Source of the DNA: Macrostomum lignano
Taxonomy: Eukaryota
NCBI GenBank assembly: GCA_002269645.1
Contig: NIVC01000139.1
Span: 124,001 to 188,000, forward strand
Length of the DNA: 64,000 nucleotides
Reading direction: 5' to 3'
In this document: positions 35,501 through 48,975 of the stretch, one piece after another
Layout: each line of letters starts with the position of its first letter
How positions within the stretch are numbered: the first letter of the stretch is position 1
Notes under the pieces: model-generated
What the model was told of the DNA's origin: nothing
The model's input: the letters and a program-made list of their open reading frames with translations, nothing else
Databases searched by the model: none
Position numbers and translations under genes: made by a program

Positions 35501-36693
35501 GTTGCGAACCTCAGCAGTCCATAAAGTTTTTTAAGTATAATTAAAAATAATTATATAACTCAGCTACCAATTCGAGAAAATGGCAGGCAAGGGATTCGTG
35601 CCAGAGTAATTTATGATCGTACCTTTGTTTTCAGACTTTTTTATCAAATGTGCCACAGAATCCGTGCACAAAGTGCAATGGGAAGAGATTCGTTAGCTGC
35701 GCTTCTAGTGAGCAGATAAATAAATTAAACTAAAGTAAAATAAGAAGAAATATTCTGTGCATTGTGATGAAGAAACCCTTTGCTTTAAATTATTACCTTG
35801 CTTTAACAATATTTAAGTCCGAAGATCACCTGTATAATGGAATGAGAGCTGCCTGCCATGTCTGTCCACTCGAGCAGGGGATTTGGAGTTTCATTGCATT
35901 TTCAGCGCAGTTCATTCAAGGCTTATTTAAGGAGGATCAAATAAAAAGGACTCACCTCAGATATGGATTCACACCCTTTCCGCGCTTTAGCGATGGCACC
36001 GCTGGTCTGAAAAGTAAAGAAAATCAAGAAAAACTTGAACATCATTGTAACCGTGCAGAATTGAAGAAGAAAAGCATCTGATTATGAAAGAGCGCCCAGT
36101 TAGACCTGCTATCTGGGCAAAGTGCATGTACATATACAAAGTACAAACTAACAAAGTACACTTATTTACTATGTAACTTTGTTGAACAATCGCCGAAAGA
36201 TGCATGCGGGACGCGCGCTCATATTTCCGACACTATTCAACTCAGCTTCATACTATACAGTCTACCAATATTCGGGACTTGTTGGCCATATTCCATGCTT
36301 ATTTTACGCTTATACAATGATAAGGAGGGGCTTGATAATAAGTAAGAGAAAGCAGTCACGTGATGAAATTTGTACATGGGGTGCATCGGGAGCAATATTG
36401 GAGTAATGACCAAAATTTATTTTACTTGCTATTGTACGTATCCATGTGGGAAGTACGCTCGTATATATACAATCGACCATTTTGCGTAGTTAACACAACA
36501 TGCGATTATGAAAGAATTTGAGCAAAACCAAATAGTTGCTTCCAGAGCCGCAGGTGATTACTGCTCTGTCACGGGAGTTTAACGAGAACTTACTGGTCGC
36601 GATCAAATCCCAATGGCCTGTCGGTGCTGATAGGCGGATTCAGTAACTGACTCAGCGATTCCTCCTTTTTCAGCTGTTGGTGGTGCTGCTGGT
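29590..36693 (-). CDS. Multi-exon gene with repeated P[WFY]G[KR]PGxGAP motifs and coiled-coil spacers; CSPP1/CCDC66-like ciliary or centrosomal protein (5' end uncertain)
   Basis: GT-AG-bounded exons read by eye include 34334-34448, 34115-34252, 33419-33624, ~33252-33324, ~33050-33120, 31685-32215, ~31365-31425, ~31128-31178, 30592-30822, 29705-29885; candidate upstream exons ~35948-35996 and ~36594-36693. Motifs YNPWGRPGHGAP, FNRPGHGAP, YDPYGKPGAGAP, YDPWGKGYGTP, YFPFGKPGSGAP, MFGRPGAGAP. Some junction phases unresolved. Confidence 0.7.
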
Positions 36694-37612
36694 CTGAAGC
36701 AGTTTAGAGTAGTTTAAATTCACTTTCTTGATAAAAATAGAAACGGACTCGTATAGCTCATGCTTGTCAATTTTACTATGCTAGGAAACTTAGCAATCAT
36801 TGTACTAGCTTGTATAAATGCTGCAAATCCAAATATACTAATTATATACTAATGATAATTTAGTCTGAATTGAATACCCTTTTCTCTTTGTCTCTTCTGT
36901 CCTTGAACCTCCCCTAGCTCTTCTAGCCCCACAGGGCGACCTTCGCTTCAGCAACAATATTGTGTAGTCCTAAACACATGTTAATCGAGCGGGGTGTCCC
37001 TTTCGCTTATTGCCTCGTAAAATTTACTTTTACCTTGTCAAACAACTGAACTATCATCAGTGACTATAAATTTTCCTGAAAATGTGCGAGTACATGTAAT
37101 CAAACAGACAGGTGAGAGTCTGCTCGCACGAGTGTAATACACGCTTGTAAATCAATTATGACACCTACTTCTGCTACTTCACTAAAAGCTATAGATTTTA
37201 TGAATAAGTTATATACTGAGATATGCTTGATGCAGAGGCGCTGCAACACTGGAGTCTCTCTTCATTGGCTGCGTATTCGGCGTGTGATTGTTAATTTTTG
37301 CGGGACAGTAAGCGAAATGAAACTGACTTGTCTCATCCGATTGCTAAAAGAAGAGCAATTGCTGGTACATGCTTTACTTTTCACATGGGAAAGGATGCAT
37401 ACAAAATCAAGAAAGTTCTGCTAGTAATAGTACGAGTAAGCATCCGATTGCAGCTTTTGCTCTTATAAGCAGCTACTATAAAAAATTGGTTACAACAAAC
37501 CTAAAAGAATAGAGTGAGCGAAAGGGAAGCGTTTTAACGGGAAGTGTGTAAAAATGAAAGCAGAAGCAAAATACACAAGATGAACTTAAATTTATTTACT
37601 ATTAGTCTCATA

Positions 37613-38049
37613 CAGCGGTTGGCAACCTCAGGGGCCAGATAAAAAATCTATAGCACACGACTGCGGGCCAGGGCAGAGAGAGGAGAGGGAAAAGAAAAGA
37701 GAGAAGAGACGTAGGAGAAAGAATAAGAGGGAATAAAGGAGAAGAGAGGAGAGATGAGAGAGGAGACATGACAGGAGAGATGAGGAGAGAGGAGAGGGAA
37801 AAAATAAGAGAAGATAGAAGAGAAGAGAATAGAGAGGAGACAAGAGAAGATGGAGGAGAGAGGAGAGGAGAGAAGAGAAGATGGAGGAGAGAGGAGAGGA
37901 GAGAAGAGAGAAGAGAGCTGAGAAGAAGCATAAACAAACCTATTTATTGCTACTTTATTGCTATTTAGGCCGCGTTGCTATTTTGAAGTTTCAATGGACC
38001 CGAGGACCGGATACGAGAGGCTTCGTGGGCCGGAGTTTGCCGACCCCTG
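37613..38049. mobile_element. hAT-type MITE containing a GA-rich low-complexity tract
   Basis: TIRs CAGCGGTTGGCAAC / GTTTGCCGACCCCTG; flanks GTCTCATA and GTCTCATG (7/8 TSD); purine-rich tract ~37675-37925. Confidence 0.8.
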
Positions 38050-38854
38050 GTCTCATGCAATGGCTTCAGGGTTCATTGGATTCATTCATACGCCAAATTT
38101 TGTACATTGTGTTAAATACTCCTAGCTCGTATTAGCGTTACTTTTCAAACCAAATCACTCACTCTTAGCAGCACTGCAAGCCTAGTTAGTAAATGAAAAA
38201 GGCTATATTTATATACCAATTTTAGTGGTTTTACTGAGCAATGCGTTCACAAAGATTGCCATTAGAAGGGTTGGATATGTTAGAATAAATTTCCAAATAT
38301 GCCATTTATCAAAGTGCAATATTAAAACATTAAATTGCTCAAAACACATTGTTACAAAGAATGAATGAACTTTGATAAAAGAAAAAAATTACAGTCATCC
38401 TTTTGGGATTCTTTTGAGCTGGGCACAGTCAGAGGCATGCGTGGCTTCTGCATCAGCTGGGTTGGGTAGCCTTGAAAACGGGCATCACCAATAGCTGGCT
38501 GGCTTGATGTGGGATTGTATGGGTCTCTGCCTGGGGTGTCTGAAAATTTAACCAGTCAGAAAACGAATAACCACTAATTATTTACAATGCTTAATGCTCC
38601 AACAATGCTTGGGCCCAACAAAAAATTATTTTGTTGTTATATTAAGTATCTGTAGTTACATTCTTACTGAACACTCGTACTTAGTTTTTAAACTATATTT
38701 TAAGTACTATTGTATTGGGTCTATTTTGAAGAGAAACAATATATCCATCATTTGTTTAGGGTCTGTAGAATGGAGCACAAATACTATCATATTTAGTAGC
38801 ATGATACTAATACTATTATAAATTGATGCCTCAGTCAAGCTGGTATCACATCCA

Positions 38855-41058
38855 ATGTGGAAAATTCTGATCGCCCTGAAGGAGCAGTTGGCATCAGAAA
38901 TTAGTCAAATGGAGCGACAGGGCATCATCGAAAAGGTCAACGCCTTCTATGGGATCAGTAACATGGTCATGATGCAATTGGAGCCAAATCAAGTTCGGCT
39001 TTGCGTGGATCTGCAACAGGCGGTGATTGCAGACCGCTATTCTGTGCCGTCAACTGGACCTAGCTGTCGGCGAGTCTCAATGGCTCAAAGTGCTTCAATA
39101 AGCTTGATAAGGTTTACTAGCATATTCCTAGTCTATGCGTGTTTGGCGCTGTTATCATCTTCTGGAAGGAGGATGTACGAGCTAGCAACTTCTGGACATA
39201 CATATTAACTATTCACCGTGCCAAGCTTTTAGAAATTGAAAAGCCAGACCTCCAAGCTCTGATTTCCAAGGTCAACGCTCCTGAAGCAGCCGAGACAAAC
39301 TCTACTGAGATGGCGCATAAAGCAGAACCGATGGCTCACCTGCGTTCCTCCAAGAGGCCGGCGTCCAAAGGTCAGCGAAAACAGCCAAGAGTCTCCGGCC
39401 AGAGTCACCCAGGCAAGTTGGGCAGCGGGGGCGTGTGTGCCAGCTGCGGGTGTTCTCAGTCGGTAGCAGTGCAAACAAGAACGGCGCGGTGAGAATCTGC
39501 GACGACTACAAGCTGACTTACAACGCCTAGGCCAGGGAAGAGCTATACCCATCGCCGCGTATCGAGGACCTGTTTGTCAAGCTTTGGCGTGCAAGCGGTC
39601 CAAGCTGGTCTTATCCAATGCTTTTCTGCAACTGCCGCTATCCGAGGACAGCAGGGCCTATTTGACGATCAACACGCAGCGCGGTCTATTCCAGCTGAAT
39701 CGCGTGACGTTCGGAGTTCGGAAGTAAAGGTACTTCAACGCCTGCAAGAGGCGGGACTGCGGCTGAACAGTGAAAAATGCGAGTTCTTCCGTGACTATGT
39801 TGAGTAACTGGGCCATTGAATCGACAGCAACGGACTCCAGCCGATCTCATCGACTCACCAGGCGCAGCGACGAGTTGAGCGTCGAGCAGGGCTGCGTGGT
39901 ATGGGGCGCCGACGGCCCTGCGGCAAGGACGAGCTGCACCAGGCGCACCCCGGAATCAACAGCATTTGAGCTCTGGCCCGCAGCTACGTCTGGTGGCCAG
40001 GCCTGGACAAGCAACTCGAGACGTGCTCAACCGAAAGGTTGCATGCTCAACCAGGCCGACCCGCCCAAGGCACCAATGCTGGCCGTTTCCGTCTGAACTA
40101 TGGGCGAGGCTGCACCTGGACTTCGCAGGCCCTATCGACGGTCGCACCTATTTGGTGATCGTGGACGCCTATAACCAAGTGGCTGGAGGTTCTTCAGGTG
40201 CACAGCGTCACGTCTACAGCTATCATTGAGCGGCTCCGCGAGTTCTTCGCCAGACTGGGTATCCCCCGGGTACTAGTTTCCGACAACGGCACGCAGTTCA
40301 CATCTGCGGAGTTCGCCGAATTCACTAGACGCAACGGCATCCGTCACGTCTTCTCTGCGCCGTTTCACCCGGCAATGAACGGCCAGGCGGAGAGATTCGT
40401 CCAAGTGCTCAAGCGGCACCTGGTCAAGAGCGGGCACTCAGAGGCCTCTCTGCAGCAGATGTTGATGACCTACCGCAACACGCCGCACTCCATCACCGGA
40501 TCGGCCCTAGCCAGCTGCTCATTGGAAGAAAACTGCGCAGTCGGTTGGACCTGCTGATGCCATTGCTGATGGACAGCATGCAACAACGTCATTATCAGGA
40601 GGTGGAGCACCAACCGCAGGCGCGCGACTTCCAAACCGGCGGTCTTCTGCGCAATTTTAGCTTGATCGCCAGGATCCCGATGGAGGCACCAGTTGGACCG
40701 AAGCACAGTGCGATCTGCCGGCGCGTGCAACTGCACTGTTGAAGCTGATGGCACCATCCACCGACGGCACACTGATCAGCTGTTGACAAATTCGCTTCCC
40801 GATGCCGAGGTCATGTCATCGACAGAACTCTCCGATGCGACGATCCCAACAATTGCTGAGGTACCAGACAAGGTTCACTGGAGTACCGATAGACAGCGAG
40901 ATCATCAACCCTGCTGACACCATCGGTGGCATAGTTGAGACGGACACTCAGGCTAGATGTTACCACAGCAGCTCAGCTAGACAACCGCCGGATCGACTTC
41001 AACTATGATTGGGGACTGTTAGTTTACCTGACTGGGGTGCTTCAAACTTTAGGGGGGA
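38855..41058 (+). mobile_element. Heavily decayed, internally deleted Ty3/Gypsy element
   Basis: RT remnants (EISQMERQGIIEKV..VRLCVDL; a second VRICDDYKLT-like start), integrase core ARLHLDFAGP..LVSDNGTQFTSAEF..MNGQAERFV; purine tract AGGGGGGA before TG at 41059 (candidate 3' LTR start). Confidence 0.75.
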
Positions 41059-44000
41059 TGTCGGATGTTAGTGCGCACGCACTAATACTCATATTATATC
41101 CAAAGTTTAGTTTACTGGGCAGGGGCAGTGGCCCACAAATATATACTTATATAGGATACTCAAAGAGATGGACTGCGGACTACGAAGTACCGTTATTGCA
41201 TATTGCATCGTCTTATTCGCCATAACTCGACATGCTCAATCTAGATTCTAGAATATAGACCCTTTCATTGCATAACTCTAACTTAGTCTGCAACATACAA
41301 TGTTATAATATAAATTTATACTTCAACTTCAGTCTTGGAATCCAGAGTGTTGTTAAAGACGCACAACAGATAGCAAAAAAGACTTTGAATGAAATAGCAA
41401 TAAGCGTATAAAAATCTGGAGTAGCATACATAGTATTCAACTTTATTCTTTCCATCTATCTCTCTCTAATTATAAAAAATGAGTAAGCATGAATAATTTA
41501 TCTGTCTGAATATTAAGTTTGCTGGCTTGTTCAAAAAGCAGAAATACACAGACAGACCATTTTTAGTATATGGATTTAGTATATTTGGAAGTACAGATGG
41601 AAATTGGCAATCATTAGCAATATATGTATATAAATAAATGATTCTCCAATGTTTTCTAAAATAACTTCCCTAGATCCAATGCTTATTATTATTATAAAAT
41701 TTAAAATATGTAGAAAAAAATCACATATTTATGACATCTTACTTTTTGTTTACTATAAAACTAAGTATACTAAAGATGTTGCTTTTATGCTACAGAAAGA
41801 AAACATGACAAAAAATAAAATAATGCACAAAAATATTTGTCACTATAAAAAGACTTGAAACACTTTTGTATTAAAATTTCAGAACAGTAAAAACCTTTTG
41901 TTTACATTAGGAATTATCTCTGAAAATTATATCGATCGAGTATGGGTACGTGAAAGATCAATTTTTAATGAAATTCTGTGGATTATGCGCCTATTAATTA
42001 AACTTTAAAAGCCACGATCTGCCCAAATTGAAGAATATAATATTATCAAAGATTTTTACAAATAATTTATCTTACTGTAGCACTAGAAAATCAAGAGTGG
42101 ATAAAAATAGAAGCCATGGACATGATGGTTTCAGTTTTTACCTCGGTGTATTTAATCTAGGTGGCTGAAATGAATTAGCTTAGCATTTATTTTAAAATAC
42201 TTACCATCGTGGGTCAAACTAATCCTTCCGATATCTCTCATGGGTTCAAGCACCTGACGACTCATTTTTAGTCATAAAACTTAATAATAAAAAACAGATT
42301 ACTAGGACCAGACATCCAAAGTCAAAGATATGACCTCGTCGAAAAGACGATAGTTTGCGTCTGATCTTGATGGAATATTATGGCCAATTTAAATACATAT
42401 CAGTTGCCGTGGAAGCCAAGTCGTCGACAAAGTCGTTAGTAACGAATATGTACATTCGAAATCGGACCCTCTAGGCAGATGGCTTAAAATATTAAAATAT
42501 TAGGTCAATCAACTCAACGTAAACGCTCTTTTTGTGCGACTGTTCCTCGGTCCCTTGTACTGTCGCCTGTGTAGTGTGACTTTTCAGTTTGCTATAATTT
42601 TCATTTTCACGCCCGACAGCGTGGGAAACTGCATGGTCGACGACCTCCGCAGGGGACGGCGAAGTGAGCTGGCTCGATATATGCAATGCACGTGCAAGCG
42701 AAATGGACCGAGAGACAAGTCGATCACCATACTGGCCCATGCCCCAGATTCGGCTCGCCACCTTTAACACCTTGCACCCTCAGTCACATGTGGATTGAAG
42801 CTGCAGGAGCAAGGACCACTGTATAAAATGTTGTATCTACGTGGTCCTCGTGCAGGAGCTGACCCGCGGTTGGCGGCCATAAACTTGGGCACATATGCCC
42901 AGCGGCCCGATATCAGCTGCATTGAAGAATTAAGCAGCATATGTATAGAGGGAAGAACTAGCAACTGCCGCCACACTGCAGCTGATTGGCGGGCCATCAA
43001 ACCAGCTGACGGGTGGGCCAGCAGGAGGTCCAGCGCGGTTTCTGGCGCGGACTCCATCCAGCAACGCAAAGCCAGCATCTTAGTATCGCAAGTTACAGCG
43101 CGACGTACTCAATGCTCGACCTGCTCCAGCTAGCCGACTCTCCATTGTTACCGCGATACGGCCAATTCGCCCCTTATAGCTGCAGCTAGAGCAGTCCGAA
43201 GACGCAGCGGGGAGGCGAGAGTCGCCCATTCCGCTACCAATTCGCCCCTGCCAATCATATGACTCGGCCTGAGGAAGTTGGCCGCGGGCCTTGAAGACGC
43301 GGGCCCCATGCATGTGATCGCTTTTATAGAGCTCTGGGGTCAATTCCATTCGGCCGAGTCAATTTATTTATAAAAATACATGTAGTACATGATAATGATC
43401 GTCGAGTTGTGCCATTTTTAGACTCAACAGGACATCATATTGTAGACTGGTCCGGAATACTCAGGTAAGAACGACCAAGAGTATATATATGACGTAGTAG
43501 TCGTTGAATTCGTACGTATAGGATGCAAAATTAACATTCATATGTACATATATTAGAATCCTAATCAAGGACTACTATAAAGACTATACCAGCTAAATAG
43601 TTTTATTATTTTTTAATTTTTGAGCAAAGTCATGTGGATCTTGTTCTACTTAAGCATGCAGCCTCAATAGTAAATAAAATACTACTATAAAATAAAATGT
43701 TGTCACGGCAACATTGTTACAATGCAGCTGAAACATAAAATGTCACGGCAATATCTGTGCAACACTGTCAACATTGGTACAACATAAACTGGCACTAGGG
43801 GTAGACTACGAAGTTTTCCTAGTGGTCTTTATAGATCCTAATTTTCTAAACGGAAAGTTCTATCAATGCATTTATCAATTAGAGCTGTCTGTACGAGAAA
43901 AAGAAAGGCAATTGACATATGTCTGTCCGTCTGTCTGGCTGTGTTTGTCTGTCGACCTGTCTATCTGTCTTTTAGTGCGTCTGTAGATAAACATAAATAG

Positions 44001-44123
44001 GTCTGCATGCGCGTCTCCCTATCAAAATAATAACAAAAAGTTATACTGATATGATAAACTTTATTCTCCGTATCGTTTTTTCTTCAGTAAAACGTGTCTC
44101 CTGAAAATTTCGAATAAACGTAG

Positions 44124-44460
44124 TGTAGCCGCGTATTCTTGAGTTTTAACTGCCGGGACTTCTTTAGTCAGAGAAAAACTTGATTTATTTGCGTTCCAGC
44201 TTGCTTGATTAAATAGACTGACCGCGATGGGGGAGGGCAGGGTGAAAAACGCAGCTTAGAAAATCCTAACCAATCGGATTTCGCCGATAGGGTAGGCACT
44301 AAGCACTCTATTGGTTGGGGCTCGTTATTCACGCGTTTTCAGCCAATCAGAAACAAAAAGAAATTTCTAGAAAAGGCTATACGCAGGGGTGGGGTGACGC
44401 AGAAAGAAATACGGAGAAAACACTAGAAGTGCACGCGCACGCAAATTGAGCACTATTACA
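44124..44460 (-). mobile_element. 3' LTR
   Basis: TGTAGCC...CTATTACA, identical by eye to 50067-50403; adjoins the purine tract GAAAGGGGAG (minus strand, 44465-44474). Confidence 0.97.
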
Positions 44461-44716
44461 AAAGCTCCCCTTTCAACAGTTTAATGTCCTCATTAAACCC
44501 AAGGGGTGGAAACGACAGATGAAAGCTACTCCAATAGGGAAGAACAGAACCAGCTGTAGCAAATAGAACAATTCGAGATAACCGGGTTTCGAACAATTAA
44601 ATCTAAATCAGGATTACTAAGCTAATAGATAGACGCTATTAAAAAGTTCTAGACCTACGACCTATAAAGCAAAACTGCTGGCTACAACCAGTCAGTCAGT
44701 CCTCAACGTGCGTTAG

Positions 44717-47700
44717 TCAGTCCTCAGCGTCAACAAGTTGCCCTTCATCGTCACTACTGGCGTCCTGATCAGCACGCTGAGCAGACTGGGTCCGTTGCAG
44801 ACACGCTCGCTTCAACTTGTTGACATGCACGACGCGCCCCTTGATCTCCCCGTCCGTGTAATTGATCGGCCGCACCAAGTAGTTGACAGGTGATGTCTTG
44901 CGCATGACTTTAAATGGGCCTGTCCACGGTGATTGATGCTTCGGAGGCAGACAGTTGGTCCTGGACAGCACAGCAGGCGGAACGAACAGCCACACTAGAT
45001 CGCCGGTGCGAAACTTGCGCTTCTGGGCTTTCAGATCGTAGTACCGCTTCTGCCGTCGTTGAGCCGCGCCAGTTGACCTCCGCACAGCGTCAAAGGCGTC
45101 CTGCAGTCGTTGAATGGTCTCTACTGCGTACTGGCCGACGACGGATGGAGGCTCTGGGGACCGATAGACAACGTCCAATGGCAGAACCACCTCCCGGCCC
45201 GTCATCAGGAAATGTGGGGAAAATCCGGTCGTCGCGCTGATGCTGCTTCGATAGGCTAGGAGACAGTACGGCAGGGCGTCCTCCCAGTCCAGCGGATCGA
45301 CAGTTTGAAGGTGGCAGCGCAACATCTGATGGAGTGTCCGATGAAATCTCTCCACGAGGCCGTCACATTGAGGATGATAGCCCGACGTTCGAGTCTTGTC
45401 GACCTCCAATAGTGTACAGAGACTGCGAATGATGCGGCCATCGATGCTCTTGCCGCGGTCGGAGTGGAGAATATGCGGAGCACCCCACCTGGAGATCCAG
45501 TTGTTGAAGAGGGCCTTGGCAATTGTCGTCGCCTTCTCGTCCGGAATCGGCACCAGCTCCGTCCACTTGCTGAAGTAGTCGACGATGCTCAGGATCCGAT
45601 CGTTGCCGTTTCTGGAAGCGCCGACCTTGACAATGTCGAACCCGACACGCTGCATTGGAAACCCTGCAGTGATGGACTGTAGCGGCGCCCGCTTGATAAC
45701 CGGAGTCTTTGCCCGCTGGCAAACCTGGCATGACCGAACGGCCAACCGGACGCTCTCCGACATTTTTGGCCAGTAGCAACGCGTCTTTAGGCTGGCCAGC
45801 GTCTTGACTTCGCCCAGGTGGCCGACGTTGTGAATCTCGTCGACAAATTCGCGTTGTCGGCAGCGGGGAATGACGGGTACTGGCTTTGTGTTGACCAGCC
45901 TGTGCAGTGTACCGTTCACGAAACACAAGTCATGCACCTTCTGCGCCAGCACCAGGCTCTCCGGCGGTACTCGGTCGCGTTGTCGGTCGGTAAACCTAGT
46001 CTTGCCGTCGGCCAGCAGTCGGAACACCGGACTGATAACCGGATCCTGCAGCTGAAGCATACGTAGCGTCGGTGGCCTGTTGTCTGCCGCTGGCGCTGCG
46101 GATTCATCTTCGTTGGTGTCGTCCTCGCTGCTGCTGCTTTCTTCGCTGTCGTCCGACCGGGGCTGATGGATTTGCTTGCGCCTTGATGGCACGGTGCCGA
46201 CGCAGACATGCACATTGTCGGTCTGAACAGCTTCGTCGGTAGCCGTCGACACTAGCTTGATGGTCGCTGCGTTGATCTGGGCGGCAGCGGCGGCATCACT
46301 GTTGGCGTCGGTCTGGCAGGCAACCGAGGATGTCGTCCTGCTGGTGGTCTCATTTGTTGGTCGACACACCCGACACTGGTTGGTACAGCGCTGCTGCTGA
46401 CGGGACAGCGCATCGGCGTTGTTGTGTTGACGGCCCGGCCGATAGAGTACTCTGAAGTCGAACTCGTCTAGCGTCTGCAGCCACCGCGCGAGTTGACCTT
46501 CGGGCTCCTTGAATGTCAGCAGGTGCGTTAGAGACTGATGATCGACCCGCACGGTGAACTTCCGAGGCAGCAGGTAATTCCGGAACTTCCTGACATGCTC
46601 AACGACGGACAGCAGCTCCCGCCTCGTTACACAGTAGTTGCGCTCGGCTTTTGTTAGTGCTCTGCTGGAGTACGCGATGACTCGTTCTTCGCCCGCCTGC
46701 AGTTGAGAGAGTACCGCACCAATGGCGCAGTCGCTGGCGTCAGTGTCCAGAATGAACTCCGAGCTGGTCGCACTAGTATCCGGGAAGGCGAGGATTGGAG
46801 CAGAGGTCAGTGTTGCCTTCAGTTGGTCGAATGCTTCTTGGGCCTTGGACGTCCACTGAAACCTTTCTGTCGGAACCGTCAGGCGTCGTAGCGGCTCGGC
46901 GATCTTTGAATAATCCCGAATGAACCGTCTATAGTAGGCTGCGAGACCTAGGAAGCTCTTGACCTCCTTGGAAGTTCGGGGTGTAGGCCAGTCTCGGATC
47001 GCAGCAGTCTTTGACTCGTCGACGGTGATACCCGACTTGGAAACTCGATGGCCCAAGACGATCATCGTGGTGTTGGCGAAATGGCATTTAGATGGCTTCA
47101 AGCGTAGGTTCGCGTCCCGCAGCCGCTCGAACACCGCCCGCAGCCGATAGTTGTGCTCCTCGATAGTCCGGCCCATGACAATAACGTCGTCGATGAAGAC
47201 CAGGCACGCTTGCCAGGTCAGGCCTTGGAGCACCAGCTGCATGAGGCGTTGAAAGGTTGCCGGGGCATTGCGCAGACCAAACGGCATGACGTTGAACTCG
47301 AAGAGGCCTTGATGGCAGATGAAAGCAGTTTTCTCTTTGTCGCGCTCCTCGACCTCAACCTGCCAGTAGCCACTCTCCAGATCGAGTGCCGAGAAGTAGG
47401 CGTTGCCTTGCAGCGCATCGAGTGTGTCGTCGATCCTCGGAATTGGAAAAGCGTCCGGCTTGGTGACCTCATTGAGCAGTCGATAGTCTAAGCAAAAGCG
47501 CGCTGTCCCGTCCTTCTTACGAACAAGCACGATTGGCGAAGCCCAAGGCGATGAAGACGGCCGGATTACTCCTTTGGTCAGCATGTCGTCGATCAATTCG
47601 GCCTGCTTGTCGATGACTGGACGCGCTGCACGCCGCAAACCCTGCCGGATCGGCCTTGCCCCGCCGGTGTCGATGCGATGCTGCAGGACTGCAGTTCGAC

Positions 47701-48230
47701 CAGCATTGCCAGGGGATGCAAAAACGGTGCTGAACTCTAACAGCAAATCCTTGACCGACTGTTGCTCTTCGACGGAGATAGAGCTTTCGATGTGCACGTC
47801 GTTCAGCCAGTTGGTGCGAGGTAAGTCCGTCGCTAAAGCTGTTGTTGATGTAGCCGTGCTGACCGCGACCGTCGCCGCCGTGCTGCCAGCGGCCGTCGCC
47901 GCCGTGCTGCCAGCGGCCGTCGCCGCCGTGCTGCCAGCGGCCGTCGCCGCCGTGCTGCCAGCGGCCGTCGCCGCCGTGCTGCCAGCGGCCGTCGCCGCCG
48001 TGCTGCCAGTGGCCGTCGCCGCCGTGCTGCCAGTGGCCGTCGCCGCCGTGCTGCCAGCGGCCGTCGCCGCCGTGCTGCCAGCGGCCGTCGCCGCCGTGCT
48101 GCCAGTGGCCGTCGCCGCCGTGCTGCCAGCGGCCGTCGCCGCCGTGCTGCCAGCGGCCGTCGCCGCCGTGCTGCCAGCGGCCGTCGCCGCCGTGCTGCCA
48201 GCGGCACCCGATTGCTGAACGAATGGCTGA
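44717..48230 (-). CDS. pol: RT, RNase H and integrase (third reading frame)
   Basis: WASPIVLVRKKDG..RFCLDYR..LDLESGYWQ..MPFGLRNAP..FIDDV; LDTDAS..ERNYCVTRRELL; H...H..C-x-x-C, HSDRG, DGLVERF, WTGPFKV. No env or chromodomain. Confidence 0.95.
47869..48204. repeat. 24-bp tandem repeat x14 inside pol
   Basis: CCGTCGCCGCCGTGCTGCCAG[C/T]GG from 47869 to 48204; encodes (A[A/T]GSTAAT)n in the RT frame. Confidence 0.97.
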
Positions 48231-48975
48231 CTTCCAGCGGGGAAAAGATGCCAACAATGTCGCCGTCGCTGATGTTGACCGTGTGGTCGTCGACGTTGAT
48301 GACTGCTAGGCCCATGCCTCTCTCGACCAGCTTGGCAACACAACGACCCACCAGGAGCCCCTGTGATCTTGTGCCGGTGACGACTCCTGGACACTCCGAT
48401 CGCGTCCACGAGGCCGACTTTGCTGGTTTAACGGGGATTATCCAGCGCTCCCCTGGCTGCAGCTGCACGGAGGCCGCTGATACGAGCTTGCAGGTCTGTG
48501 CTGCCTCTTTACTTTTTCGAGCTGGAATCGACACGCCTAGGCTGTTGAAAGTGATGCAACCGGCTTGGAGATGGACCGAGACGTCGTGTTCACTGAGGAA
48601 GTCACAGCCCAGGATGACGGACGTCGGGTGAAGCTTCTCGAGTACGACGAAACGATGATGGACTTGTACGGTTCCCAGAGTCACTGCCAAAGTAGTCTCG
48701 CCCAGCACAGACTGTAGGTTGCCATCCACGCCTCTTATGATGATGCTGCTGGGCTGCAGCCGCCGCCTAGCTTTCTTACATATGTCATCGCTGATGCAGG
48801 ACACCTCTGCCCCGGTGTCGATCAGACAGTGGCGCCGTCGTCTAAGGATGCGCGCTGTGACGAAGCGCACCTGGCCAGGCTGGCAGCTGCTGAGGCGTGG
48901 TGTTGAGGCCGAATGCGTTAGTGCTGAGAGGGCCGGTGCTGGCCTCGTGAACCAGCCCCCTCGGCGTTTGGGCAA
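48205..48975 (-). CDS. Aspartic protease region (-1 frame relative to gag)
   Basis: CLIDTGAEVSCIS..IRGVDG..VILGCDFL in ORF 47833-48975; this frame stops at 47833. Confidence 0.9.

Noticed and set aside
37608-38135. Leu/Ser-rich and Glu/Arg-rich ORFs as membrane or coiled-coil proteins
   Set aside because: Translations of the GA-rich tract inside a MITE.
44461-44716. env gene making the Gypsy an errantivirus
   Set aside because: Only ~250 bp between the pol stop and the 3' LTR; no ORF.
47869-48204. CRISPR array
   Set aside because: Head-to-tail 24-mers without spacers, inside pol.
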